A stretch of DNA of 63,070 nucleotides, filler included, from Collodictyon triciliatum (taxonomy: Eukaryota), in assembly GCA_043381765.1 (NCBI GenBank). It is 33 parts of 33 records of this genome, joined end to end, with 100 filler letters (N's around TTAATTAATTAA, not from the genome) between each part and the next. Parts side by side here need not be neighbours in the genome. Positions count along the whole stretch, not along the records: positions 11,530 to 13,347 come from JBHJMP010010145.1; positions 13,448 to 15,260 come from JBHJMP010010146.1; positions 15,361 to 17,177 come from JBHJMP010010147.1; positions 17,278 to 19,094 come from JBHJMP010010148.1; positions 19,195 to 21,011 come from JBHJMP010010149.1; positions 21,112 to 22,928 come from JBHJMP010010150.1; positions 23,029 to 24,844 come from JBHJMP010010151.1; positions 24,945 to 26,760 come from JBHJMP010010152.1; 25 more parts are not named here. One strand, given 5' to 3'. Made by a program: the position numbers and the translations under genes. Below, in pieces: positions 13,018 through 26,993 of the stretch (within the stretch, counting starts at the first letter, position 1; each line of letters starts with the position of its first letter). Below the pieces are notes generated by a model. That model saw nothing but the letters and a program-made list of their open reading frames with translations. It did no database searches and was not told where the DNA came from.

Positions 13018-15360
13018 AAGTCAGTTGGGTCGTTCTTAGTTTCTCATTTGTTTCCCGACAAAGTTTACATGAATAAGCTTACTTCTTATGTTTCCTTTTT
13101 TCCTTTTTTTTCCTTTTTTTCTTCATCCCATTCATGTTTTCTTTCATCTGCTATGTTTTCGACTAGTACATTCGAGAATAGAGAAAAGCAACAAAGACAA
13201 AAAAAAGTCTCAAGTTTGTGCACCTTTGTTTGACGTGTTGGTCGTTAGTTTTCTTTTGTTTTTTGTTTTTTGTTTTTTGTTTTTTGTTTTTTGTTTTTTG
13301 TTTTTTGTTTTTTGTTTTTTGTTTTTTGTTTTTTGTTTTTTGTTTTTNNNNNNNNNNNNNNNNNNNNNNNNNNNNNNNNNNNNNNNNNNNNTTAATTAAT
13401 TAANNNNNNNNNNNNNNNNNNNNNNNNNNNNNNNNNNNNNNNNNNNNACTGTCAAAGTTTAGATGTTGGTATATGAAAAAATTTCAAAGACAACACTGTT
13501 TTCAGATATGTCGAATGACTTTAACGCACCATGTTTACAGCCGCAGAAGATCAGTTCCGTAAGCTAGGGTGGTTTTTTACATCAATTTATCACATTGTTC
13601 ACGGGATGAAGTACGGCTTGTTTGACATGCGTTAATTTTCCATATATTTATGAAAATACGCACATTATTTCGGGGAGACAAAGTATCTTTCAAAAAGACC
13701 ATGGATGAGAGGGACTTTGGCAAGGACGAAACCTACCGGACGTTCAGTCAGCGAAATATTGTATTCACAACTACTGAGTTTGTATAAATTCCATCACTTT
13801 CAGGAAGTGCGAAGCTGATGTTTTATGTGGACGAAAGCCCATGTTGTTGTTGCTCAGCCAGAGAGCCTCTAACATTGAAAGAGCTGACATTTTTTTGTAT
13901 GAGGAATGGAAGCCTATTACTGGAAAAGTCTAGGGGAACAAGTAATAAAAGGAAGGGTATATCTGAATTCGATCCCTCGGAGTAAGTTGTTCGAGATGTT
14001 TAGAACCTCTAAGGAAGATTATGAGTATGTGCGCCGCATCATGTTTTGTAGACCGTTCCAGACAGCATGATATGTTGCAGCGCCGCACAGTTTCATATTT
14101 AAATCGTTTGCCTTTTGGGTCTGTTCTCTGCAGCCTAGAGGTTCTTGATGCTTCGAAGCCCTGAAATCTCTGGAGGAAGACTCGATATGCGATTTTTGGA
14201 CAAATACAGACGGGATAGGTTGACCGAATAATCAACATGGATTGATTCAGCCAAAATTGAAACTTACAAGGACAATACGGAAAGCCTATTTTTCGAGACA
14301 AACAGTGTTGTAGTAGGCGCAACGATATCACTCTGGCAAATCAGTAATTCTGTTTTCATGCAACGAGAGAAACTCGAGATTTTTGAGGTTGGATATATCC
14401 TTCTGTATGCTTCCGAGCTGTTTCTTGAAATGTTGATGGGACATGAATTGTTTATCTGTAATAAAAAAAATCGTATGAAGATGGTATTTGATTGTTATTG
14501 ACGTGAAACAAGGTCAGATCTTCAAGAGAGGTGGATGGTACTGGGAGAAAAAATCAGCATGTTCTTGTCCACTCGATCTGTTTTGAACCTCTTTAGCATC
14601 ATCATTTTTGAGGAAGAAAATGAGGTCTCTTTGCAGGCATGTCTAGTAATTCGAGATTGGTGGGTAATATTAATTAGAACGAGAAGTCGTAATATAATCA
14701 TCGTGTGCATCAAAGAATGGCAGGCTCATCAGATTGTACATCACTGATCGGATGTTGTACTCATGTTTCTTCGAGAGGCTGAGTCACTTAAACAAACGAA
14801 ACTGCAAGATGGCTCCGCGAAGAGAAGAAATCTACCTATGAGCCAGGTAAAAAAAAAGTACATTCGCTTTTCAACTTGCTTTCTGGAGAATCCCAGAGAC
14901 TCACAGAAAATTAGTCGTCCGGGGCATTGCCTTCATGCTCCATTGCCAGAGCGTGCCTTTTGGTGCGCTCTCTACTATAATCAACGGGCTTTCCGTTTCA
15001 AGCCCTTTGCGATGCATAGTTCTTTTAAATCGGACTGTTAATAACCTCTCTCTCCATCTAAAACTATGCTTTTTCTTTGCTTTTCATTTTTCATTTTTCA
15101 TTTTTCATTTTTCATTTTCCATTTTCCAATTTTCATTTTTCATTTTCCATTTTCCAATTTTCATTTTACATTTTACATTTTACATTTTACATTTTACATT
15201 TTACATTTTACATTTTACATTTTACATTTTACATTTTACATTTTACATTTTACATTTTACNNNNNNNNNNNNNNNNNNNNNNNNNNNNNNNNNNNNNNNN
15301 NNNNTTAATTAATTAANNNNNNNNNNNNNNNNNNNNNNNNNNNNNNNNNNNNNNNNNNNN

Positions 15361-15461
<101 letters not shown>

Positions 15462-15469
15462 TGTAAAAC

Positions 15470-15493
15470 TTTGAATCGAATAAAGGAAAAAAA
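15470..15493 (+). mobile_element. Retroelement 3'-end tag TTTGAATCGAATAAAGG(A)n
   Basis: Identical to the 3' ends at 45.5, 49.1, 49.2 and 50.3 kb. TSD unclear because it abuts an (ATT)n tract. Confidence 0.6.
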
Positions 15494-15603
15494 TAGTAAC
15501 AATATCGTAAAACACGATTGGAAAAAACAACATATAAGATTGAAAGAAAGAGTCGAGTAATTTCACGGCTGAATTCAAAACTTATATTTTCAATCATATT
15601 TAG

Positions 15604-15979
15604 TTATGGAATAGTTCTCTGGGAAATCATTACAAGAAAAATTCCATACCCAAACATGACACCAATTCAAATTGTTGCTGCTGTTGCCTTTCAAGACCAA
15701 CGACCAGAAATACCAGACGAATGCGAAACAGTTCTGACAGAAATAATGCGCTGTTGTTGGGCAAAGTATTTTATCTTTGGATGATTAAAAGCATTTTTCT
15801 AAACAAGAAATAAGGAAGGAAATATATATAAACACCAAAGGGCAAGGACATGCAGCACATGTAATCATCATCACATTTTTTTTTTTTCATACAGAGACCC
15901 CAGCGCGAGGCCGTCTGCTCTCCACATCACAAGGACATTAGAGGACGTTCAAATACCCCAAAGCACCGAGCCGCGATAA
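15604..15979 (+). CDS. TKL-family protein kinase, last two exons
   Basis: YGIVLWEIITRKIPYPNMTPIQIVAAV...RPEIP...CCWAK / DPSARPS (subdomains IX-XI). Confidence 0.85.
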
Positions 15980-17277
15980 TGGAACACACTATGCCACGTG
16001 ATTCTGTCTTCCTTGCACGCTTCGTACTGTCTTTCAGTTATTTTGTTCAATCAGGATTTTTCATTACGTTTCTGTGGTACGAGTTCTCTTCCTCTCTTCT
16101 TCCTCTCTTTATTTTCTCCTTTTCGTTATCTCGACTCTTCAAACATTTCGATTGCGCTATTTGGAGCACGCACAACTGCCTTTGGAAAATCACGCTATAT
16201 ATCCTGCTTCCAACCAACCCTGCATAACTACCAAATTTGTTTGGTGGAAAGCAGCCCATTTTTTTTCTTTTTGCATGAGCGCGTGAGCCGATGGAATCGA
16301 CACAAACACTTTCATAAAATACTTTTATTCCTTCGCTCCATACGCATAAAAAATATCCGCCAATATTCTCCTCCCATCCTTATTATTTTATTGTAACTAA
16401 GCATTTGCTACCTTTGTCGTGTGTGCTTTCCCTAATATCATCAAAAGATTTGTCCTCTACTCCACCGACATAATAAAGAAATCGGAAAACAACAATTACA
16501 ACAGGGGGGTTTCTGCACCATGTCAAGATTGTCCTCCTCCTTATGTTATATCTCTTTCTATTTATTAAAAGATAAAAGAAAAAAAAAAGGCGTCATGATG
16601 TATGAGAACAGCACCGCCAGGACATCGCATCCGACCAGCCAACCACGCACGCATAATTGAACATCGGGTCAAACGAGAAAACAACATTCATTCGGCAGAC
16701 TTGGGCTCTGCCTCAACTTCATCGCCACCCGCCGTGCTCTGTTGGCTGCGGAACCACTTCTGAAAACTCGTCATCCCCTGGCCTGCTGCGTCTTCTCTTG
16801 TGCTTTCATCGCCGACCGGATTAATCCTCATAGTTCCGAAGCCGGATGAAACGGAGCCAACCGAGCCGGTAGATCTATACATCGAGTATGGCATTTGTAT
16901 TCCGCTGAGACATAACCCTCGAGAACCTTGTCAGATTTCATTTTGCCCCATATTCTATGATTTCTTGGGTAATATAAGAATATGCTTTTTTCTTACATAT
17001 TCCGCACTCTCATGGTCCCTTGGATTGATTCAATTGCAGACTCTGTTCAAATTCGTGAATTAATAGGAGGTATGCGCACCTCTACATGACGAAATAATAC
17101 ACATACACATATAAAAATTACAAAAATAATTCAAAAAAACAAAACAAACAAACAAACAAACAAAAAAAAACAAAAAANNNNNNNNNNNNNNNNNNNNNNN
17201 NNNNNNNNNNNNNNNNNNNNNTTAATTAATTAANNNNNNNNNNNNNNNNNNNNNNNNNNNNNNNNNNNNNNNNNNNN

Positions 17278-18970
17278 GGTTCTCAGTGTGTGAACCAGAC
17301 ATCGCCGTATTCGGGCATAGCGCAGAGCCTCTGCAGGTCTCAGTGTGTGCGAACCGCTCCGTTGCTCGATAAACAGGGAATTGGGCTTCGAATGTTCACA
17401 TAGCCGGACACAATTTGCACTATTTTCACAAGAGAAATTCAATTATTCTCCTTTATCCATGAATAGACTACTTCCATACGAATTATAACAAAACATCTAA
17501 ATATGTGCTTGCACAAAACAAAGTGCTCGAAATGAAGCTAAAAATAGAATTTTTGATTTAACGAGACTTACAGTTTTCGTATTCTGGCATAACGCACAAC
17601 CTTTGCGGGTCTTGTATGTGCGAAGCAGACTTCGTCGTATTCGGGCATAGTGCAGAGCCTTTGCGGGTCTTGTGTGAAGCATAATTCGTCAGCGTTCCGG
17701 CATAGTGCAGAGCCTTTGCGGGTCTTGTGTGAAGCAGACTTCGTCATATTCCGGCACAGTGCAGAGCCTTTGCAGTTCTCAAAGCGTGCGAACCGCTCCG
17801 TTGCTCGATAAACAGGGAATTGGGCTTCGAATGTTCCACATATCCGGACACAGACTGCTCTATTTTTGGCAGGAGAAATTCAATTTTTCACTTTTATGCA
17901 AAAATCCTTCCATATGAATTATGATAAAACATCTGTTAAGCATGTGCTTGCACAAATCAAAGTGCTCGATGCAAAGCTAAAAATAGATTTTTTGATTTCA
18001 CGAGACTTACGGTTTTCGTATCCGGGCATAGTGCAGAGCCTTTGCGGTTCTTTTGTGCGTTAGGCTTCGTCTACGTTCGGCATAGTGGAGAGCCTTCGAG
18101 GTATTATGTGAAGCAGACTTCTTCGACGTTCGGCATAGTGGAGATCCTTTGTGGGTCTTGTGTGAAGCAGACTTCGTCGCAGTTCGGCATAACGCACAGC
18201 CTTTGTGGGTCTTGTGTGAAGCAGACTTCGTCGACGTTCGGCATAGTGCAGAGCCTTCGGGGTCTTGTGTGGAGCAGACCTCGTCATATTCCGGCATAGT
18301 GCAGAGCCTTTGCGTGTCTTGCGTGTGTGAAGCAGACTTCGTCGTAATCACGGCATAGTGGAGAGCCTTCGCGGGTCTTGAGAGAAGCAGACTTCGTCGT
18401 AATCACGGCATAGTGGAGAGCCTTCGCGGGTGCAAGTGTGAAGCAGACTTCGTCGACGTTCGGCATAGTGCAGAGCCTTTGCGGGTCTTGAGAGAAGCAG
18501 ACCTCGTCATATTCCGGCATAGTGCAGAGCCTTTGCGTGTCTTGCGTGTATGAAGCAAACTGCGTCGTATTCCGGCATAATGGAGAGCCTTTGCGTGTCT
18601 TGCGTGTGTGAAGCAGACTTCGTCGTAATCACGGCATAGTGGAGAGCCTTCGCGGGTTGTGTGTGTGAAGCAGACTTCGTCGCAGTCCGGCATAGTGGAG
18701 AGCCTTGGCGGGTCTTGTGTGGAGCAGATTTCGTCACATTCTGGCATAGTGGAGAGCCTTGGCGGGTCTTGTGTGGAGCAGATTTCGTCACATTCTGGCA
18801 TAGTGGAGAGCCTTCGAGGGTTGTGTGTGTGAAGCAGACTGCGTCGTATTCTGGCATAGTGGAGAGCCTTCGAGGGTTGTGTCTTGTGTGGAGCAGACAT
18901 CTTCATATCCCAGCATAGTGGAGAGCCTTCGGGGGTTGTGCGTATGTGAAGCAGATTTCGTTGTATGCCG
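17278..18970. repeat. Complex minisatellite: about 22 units of 53-59 bp plus two copies of a ~230-bp interrupting block
   Basis: Unit is approximately GGCATAGTG(C/G)AGAGCCTT(T/C)GCGGGTCTTGTGTGAAGCAGACTTCGTCGTATTCC. Duplicated block at about 17350-17580 and 17789-18020. Confidence 0.92.
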
Positions 18971-19029
18971 GCTTTGTTGGACTTGTTCAATTTTTCTTCT
19001 TTTTTTCTCTTTTTTCTTTTCTTTTCTCT

Positions 19030-19094
<65 letters not shown>

Positions 19095-19194
19095 NNNNNN
19101 NNNNNNNNNNNNNNNNNNNNNNNNNNNNNNNNNNNNNNTTAATTAATTAANNNNNNNNNNNNNNNNNNNNNNNNNNNNNNNNNNNNNNNNNNNN

Positions 19195-19360
19195 GTCCGA
19201 TCAGACAGACTTGCAGGCGGCTTCCTTGCACGGGTCTTCCTAGACTTTCGTGCAACTCGGGGTTTTTCCGCGCCAGCGTTTGAACTAGAAGAACTGGCTG
19301 CAACTTGCAAAGTCTTCGACGGGTCGCGGCTTGTGTTTTCCATCAAATGCAGACGCATTT
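19195..19360 (-). repeat. Dispersed repeat; second copy at about 45272-45431 (+)
   Basis: Reverse-complement nucleotide similarity between two contigs; one frame reads RDPSKxLQVAASSS...RVARKSRKTRARKPPA in both. Confidence 0.8.
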
Positions 19361-19960
19361 GGAGAATATCAATAAAACAATATAGTTAAAGAAAAAGGAA
19401 TACGCAGCTCTGATGAGGATAAGACTTCAAAGCGGAAGTGGTGATGGAAATGAAAATGGGAAACATACCATACTAAATATACAACATTACATTTATGGAA
19501 TTTATAAACTATGAATTAAAATATGTATTCAATTCATATTTGTCAGTCGTTTCATATATAGTTAGTATAAGGACATAATAATATTTGAAATCAATATACT
19601 AGGGTGTCGTCAATTCCATGAATCAGCACAAATTCCAGTTATCATAAGCCCGCCAGTGGACATCAACGACACCTCACCCAACCCACATTTCAAAGTCTCT
19701 GCACTGCGGTTGTGGGGGTTTCTGACGCCCGAACCCAAGTCCTGACTTATAAGAGCCTCCTACGTCCTTTCGTTTGGGCAAAGCAATTGGCTACTCACGC
19801 GCCCGGATTATTCTCTGCGCGTAAAACAACGCGGTTATGTCCCTCTATCAATCCTTATGTAACTTAGTCTCTTGTGAAGCACAAGCACTGCCCAGCCCAC
19901 CACCCCAGCCGCAAAGCCTTAGAACTCCTCCAAGGAACTCCTGCATCAACTGCTCTCGCA

Positions 19961-21011
19961 ATGGCCGACGAGGCCACGCTTTTGGAAGAGTTGCAAAAAA
20001 TCACCGGGGTCGCCAACATTGCTGCTTTACGAAAAAGCACGTCACTTTATATTTCTTCCAAAAATATGGGGTATGTTCCTCGCGGTGTATTCTTGTTGGA
20101 TCTGTTGAAAACTTTGTCCATTTTTTCCAATAAGATTTCGTCGCTTTCACCAGAAATATCGCGCTTTACTCGTATCAAACGTTTGAAAATGTGCAACAAT
20201 CAGGTTTTATTTAAATTAAACTTTACTTACACTCATACCTATGAATCACTAAAGAAAAGGATAAACTCTTTATCTAATATATAGATCGAAGAGCTTCCAC
20301 CACAAACTACAGCTCTCGTAAGTCTGAGGGAACTCTCCATCAAAGGTGGCTACAATACGCAAACTATAAAAAGAGCACCTCGTGGAATTACAAATCTTTC
20401 ATTATGGGATAACACAACCCACAGGGACCATTCATGCATACTCACTCTGGAGCTTTACGAAGTTCTGGTATATCTCCATGATGCTTCTTATGATATGTAA
20501 ATGAATATAAACATCTTTTCGCCCGAAGCCATTGAAAATGATACATTAGGAGGATGATATGATGATGATGGAATGGATTGCAAATGCGAAGGAGATACGC
20601 TTCCAATCGCTCAATTTTTACGGCATGGGCATCTCCATTCTACCCACAAACGTATCACAGTTGACGAACATCACATATCTCAACATCAGCTGCAATAAGG
20701 TATTTAGCGACTCGAAGGAATCCCATATTTGGAACAAAGTTAGCTCTTTCAATACTCAGAATTGTAGATAACATACATGTACGTTATTATAGTTCAACCT
20801 ATTTCCCGCATCTATATGCACATTGACTCTAATCGAGTCTCATAATATTTCAAACAACCAGGTTTCTTTAGAACTTTTTTAAGTGCATTGAACTGGAAAT
20901 ATTGTGTGCCACATATTGTTCCTCTTATTTGATTGTAGTCTAACATGTTATTTAAACCCAGATTTCGCAGATTCCGGATGCCATCGCAAATCTTGTCAAT
21001 ATCCACAGATT
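19961..21011 (+). CDS. Leucine-rich repeat protein, 5' part, multi-exon
   Basis: LKTLSIFSNKISSLSPEISRFTRIKRLKMCNNQ / IEELPPQ; ISILPTNVSQLTNITYLNISCNK / ISQIPDAI. Confidence 0.8.
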
Positions 21012-21637
21012 NNNNNNNNNNNNNNNNNNNNNNNNNNNNNNNNNNNNNNNNNNNNTTAATTAATTAANNNNNNNNNNNNNNNNNNNNNNNNNNNNNNNNN
21101 NNNNNNNNNNNATCAAACGAACCTCACTTCTCTTTTCACCATCCTTTTCGACAGCTTGCGCCATCAAAGCAGTATTCCCCCTCCTCCATCCAATCAATAT
21201 CACCCGTCCTTTTTTTTCTCATGCTCGTGGGACACTATCACGCGTCCCCAAAAGAAATCCATGCGTCTCTTATCAAGCCTCAAGAACACCTCTCTTTTCC
21301 CTTTTTTCTTTTATCTTTATTTTTATCCCTGTTTTTTCTTTTTCTATCTCCCACACATCCTCACCTACTTTGGAACTACTTGCCTGGTGGTTGAATGAAA
21401 GATTGTTGAGGCGGGCTCAACAGCTAAGACTCTTAGAATAAAAAAAAAAAAATAGCACAGTGCCTTAAGCCAGAGCAAAACATGTCGTAAATATGCGCGA
21501 ATGTATTATTCAAAAGTTTCCCGTCGTTCCCATCTGCAAGAAATGCTGACCCATAGCCGAAATGTGTGATAAATGTGGGTTTCAAGATATAAAAACCGCC
21601 AAAACGCACGAATAAATCGAAGTAGAAAAAATTGATT

Positions 21638-22928
21638 ATGATGCTATCCAGGAGGACGACTTGATTGGGGAGATGGAAAGAAAATCAACGGAATGGCTGA
21701 AATCAAGTCAAAAGTCGAGAGCGAAATGAAAAAGGTTTATTCATGAAGTGCTCAAGCTATATATATGTTTCTTCTTTTCTGTTTATTTCCTCGAATATTC
21801 AATTCCTTAGATTGGAGCTATGGAGCGAGACCAAAATGCAAAGATCGACAAATTGTACGATGATATTGTACAGAAAGCAGCACAGCTGAAGGAGAAGCTG
21901 ATAGAAACTGTAATCATTCCTCTTGTCATCGTTTTTGTCCGATATTGACAATCTAAATTGGTTTTTTTTTGTTGTGTGATTGTATCCATAATTCACTAAA
22001 CATGGAAAATGATGATGATAATGAATTCAAGCTATCGTAGCCTTGCAGCCAGCGAGCAGCAAAATCAAGTACACACAGCATCGAATGGTGGCATCCGAGA
22101 AAATTCTAAGGCACTCCATAAACACGCTCAGGATATTCAAGGAGATATACGAGCGCGACAGACTCGTGACCAAGCTTTTCAAGATCGCCATGTTTGCTCC
22201 CACAGCTTTGCACATAGACATCGAAGAAGTCGGCAATGTGGATGTGGAAAGCTGCAAGCAAGCATAGAGATTGGCGGCAACGTTGTGATAGGAGAAGGCG
22301 AGGCGCATGTGCTGAAGGAAATCCACGCAAAGTGTGAGTCAGTCTTGGAAGAGCTGCGCACAGAAAATGCCGTGTGGCAGAGACGCATGAACGAGACAGA
22401 CAAGCACATGAAAGAGCCGGAGAGTGAGTTACAGGAGCATCGCGTAATGAAGGAACATATTGCAAAGATGGAGCAAGAGAAGATGAAAGAGGGGGAGGAA
22501 ATGAAGAAGAGAACGAACATAGACTTGTATCAGAAATTGTGGAAATACAACATCAAAGACTATGTGTTTCAGAAGAAGGTCGTGTCAAATGGAAGTGGAG
22601 CCCAACAGTTTTCTAGTCCATGGGGAATCCCAGCTCATCCAAAGACAAAGCAGATATTCGTAGTTGTTCGTAGTAGCATCACGTTCAAGTGCTGAATGAG
22701 GATTTGAGCTTTTCTGCACGCTTGGCACGGATGGCTCAGGCCCAAGTCAATTCAGCAATCCAATCGGAATCGCCATTTCGCATGATGGTTGCATCGCTGT
22801 TTGTGACCGTTCCAATCATCGTGTGCAAATCTTTGATGATAACTTCAAGATGATTGAGACAATCCAATCGGGTCGCAAAAGAAGCGCACAAAGCACAGAA
22901 TCCAGTGACTTTGGCGGATTCTCCAATC
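21638..22928 (+). pseudogene. Coiled-coil + NHL-repeat (TRIM-NHL-like) gene with frameshifts
   Basis: GSGAQQFSSPWGI, then after frameshifts DGSGPSQFSNPIGIAISHDGCIAVCDRSNHRVQIFD. Confidence 0.7.
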
Positions 22929-23028
22929 NNNNNNNNNNNNNNNNNNNNNNNNNNNNNNNNNNNNNNNNNNNNTTAATTAATTAANNNNNNNNNNNNNNNN
23001 NNNNNNNNNNNNNNNNNNNNNNNNNNNN

Positions 23029-23120
<92 letters not shown>

Positions 23121-25602
23121 AAAGAAGAAAATATACGAGAAAGAAAAAATAAAGACACATGCTTCACAACTTCAAACTCGAGCACGATTTTATCTGTTCG
23201 GGAGTGTTTTTTTTTTTTATTTCGTTATGCTGTGTTTCTGGCAGGAGAATATCATCCGTAGCCAGTTTCATCACGATTGTCGTCCTTATGAAAATCAACC
23301 TGACTGTTGCAGTGTTTTATAGAGGGAAATTAACAAAGTCCACCTGCCTGAAATACCACAAAAGAAAAGGGTAGAAAAACTTGTCGAGGGTTGCAATGTT
23401 GGCGATGCCCTATGGAAAGGAAGAGACGATAGGCCGAAGTGCACAAACAAAAAAATTCCTTGGCGGCGAAACTCTGCGCGAAGTCATTTCATTGTGTGCA
23501 CGATGGTTGGATTATTTTGATTGCAGTCGCTATGTTGCAACGAAAAGACAGTAACTGAGACTTGAGTTCACCTGCTCGTCAATCCAGCAGTTTTTTTTCG
23601 GGCCACGCTCCAAGAGAAGCGGAGATTATCGACAGGATGCAACTTTTTTTTTTATCCATTATTGGGGGAACGTAGAGGAAGCTTTATTCTCCGCAGCCAC
23701 AGAATTGTTTCCCGAAGAGTGATTTCAAAGCTGAATATATCACCGCTTGTGTTACAGTATTTCAACAGAAATATGCGCTTGTTAGATATCGGCGATGGTT
23801 TACATGTATCACAAGAAGTATTTTTAAATTAAGATATATTCATGACAACAATTTAGTTAAAGAGAAAATTTTTTGATACTCTTCTATAACAATTATTCAG
23901 GTTTTTTTTCATTTTGTGTCACATAGTACCCTCGACTACAAAACCATAATGCAGCGCATGCAGAAATTATGCAATCCACAATCCTTTTGATTCTTGCGTG
24001 AGCAAATTATATGTATTGATTTCTTTTCGCGCTGAGTATTGTTGGAAAACAAAGCTGAGAAATACGCTTTCATACGCCGAGCAGGATTTGAGCTGTGGAC
24101 GAGGCGCTAAAAATGCCGCATTGTGTGGTTTATGGATTTTTTTTATTACAAGCGCAAAAAAATAGCAGAGATTGGTAATACGGCGGAATTTGTGATGAAA
24201 TAGAAAGAATGGAAAGTTTTTCATAAGCAGACTTATTCTACCCAAGAGGCTGCGCTGCAAGGCGATTTTGGGGTGTATTCGAGACTGATATAAGACCAGA
24301 TAAAGTTGGCGGGTCCCGAAAGCACACGCACGGATATTTCTTCTCAAATCAATTCCTAGTTTTTCTCTCAACATCCTAGCCGCACTGATGGATACATCCT
24401 CGAATCCTCTCCATGATAAACGAGTCAGTCTTATTTGCGATGCTTTTGGTTTCACACAAAGGAACCAGACGTAGTTTACATACCAAAATTATATATTATT
24501 TGTGGAGTATATATGAAATGAATCCAAAATGCATTTAAGCGCATATTTGGCTCATATTAACGCAACTCCATGAAAAATATTTGAAGAGATATCAATCGGA
24601 CACAATCCTTTTTGCCAATCACAAGCATCACCAGTCAACCTGTTGACATGCGCCTCGGATGACTGATTTCGTGGAGATCGTTGCGTTAAACTCTTTCGTT
24701 TGCTTTTCATTTATTATTTCTTATTGAACAAACATGATCGCACCGCCTACTCCAGTGTCTTGTTATACCCACTCTAGTGCAGTTCAGAAAAAGAGCCATG
24801 TTGAAGAACGATCTCGATGCAAAGGCCACGTCCGCGTTGCTGAANNNNNNNNNNNNNNNNNNNNNNNNNNNNNNNNNNNNNNNNNNNNTTAATTAATTAA
24901 NNNNNNNNNNNNNNNNNNNNNNNNNNNNNNNNNNNNNNNNNNNNCATCTTCTATTTTATTCATCAAAGTTTTATTTTTTTTAAAAACAACCATCAGGTAT
25001 TTATCACATATAAACGCCTAAGACAATGTTTATGCATATATCTAAAAATTGACTTTGTAAAATTGTGAATATAATTTTTTAATATAAGACTAATTAATCG
25101 AAAATCATAAGTATATAATAGCTTTAATCATTTTAATAAATCAAGATACATAGTGAGAAACACAAAATTATATCAACTACGATATAACCTTACCTAGCCT
25201 AAGTGTATCATAGGTTATGTGTGAGAAACATAATTATTCTTGCGAATGATATATATTTGTATAATGTTCATAAATTTTCAGTATTTTATTTTTCCAGAAT
25301 CTGTTTGTTTTAGTCGCATGCATGTTGAACAATTACATTTGCATTTGCCGTGTCTTTGCATGTGAGTAAGTATGTAATTATATACCTGAGGGTCGAAATT
25401 GGATGTAAGGATTCCGACTTCACGCAGGGCAGTCGCAGTAAACCAGATGTATTACATTCGGATTGCTATTCATTCTAATGTCCTTGTTGCTGTTTTGCTG
25501 ATGCTTGGTTGTGCTGTTAGAAGACTGTTGCTGGTATATTATATTCATATGTATGCAACAAAGACTATTTTTTATTGCATTTACAACTCTAGACCCATTA
25601 TA

Positions 25603-26159
<557 letters not shown>

Positions 26160-26860
26160 CAAGTAAGCGGAGGATTCACGATTGGGAATTGTAACTTTGA
26201 TTGTGAATTTTTAATAATTGTGTAACATAATCATAACAAACAATCATAGGGAATCAGCTACTAGTGAATGGGAATGTCGCAAAGCAAGGAATCTAAGGAC
26301 CAAGAAACCAATACCAATGAAGCAGTGTCGGAGCTATTGGACGGACTCCCAGAAGACTTCTTTGATCCATTGGTCACTCATGTTGACCCCAATACATATT
26401 GCCACAATTCAAGGAAGATAATCCTCGTATAGACCTAAGTGACCCACAATATCAACACTCACCAAAGTAATTTGATTTTGGACATATGTTAGTTAAATGG
26501 CCGAATTCTCCCATATATCAAACAAATAGTGCTTTGTCTTTTAATTGTCTGGTATTTAAAGTTCAAACTTACGACTATTTTTCAAGATGGGACCCAAAAA
26601 AATATGCTTAGATGTTCGAGATATTACAGCGTGGGCTCATAGTTATTGGTTTTTTTAAAAAAATAAATGTATGTGTCACGTTTAGTTATAATATATACAG
26701 TGATACAAATACAGCTGCTCAACTATAACAAACTCACATAATTTATCACTTAAAATTCACNNNNNNNNNNNNNNNNNNNNNNNNNNNNNNNNNNNNNNNN
26801 NNNNTTAATTAATTAANNNNNNNNNNNNNNNNNNNNNNNNNNNNNNNNNNNNNNNNNNNN

Positions 26861-26926
<66 letters not shown>

Positions 26927-26993
26927 TGTTTTTTTTTTTTTTTTTTTTTTTTCGATTGAAGGCAGCAACTCCGAGTGTGTTGAATTACTGCCG

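Noticed and set aside
13448-15060. Possible Helitron Rep/helicase or other transposase remnant
   Set aside because: Composition looks coding, but the frames I read had many stops and no recognisable HUH, helicase or DDE motif. I did not check all frames exhaustively.
18240-18295. Hammerhead ribozyme array on the minus strand (AUGACGA-stem-CCGAAG)
   Set aside because: The core deviates from CUGANGA/GAAA/UH at several essential positions and is not conserved among units.
18020-18970. CRISPR array
   Set aside because: Units are tandem, with only short recurring variable modules and no unique spacers. There are no cas genes and the context is eukaryotic.
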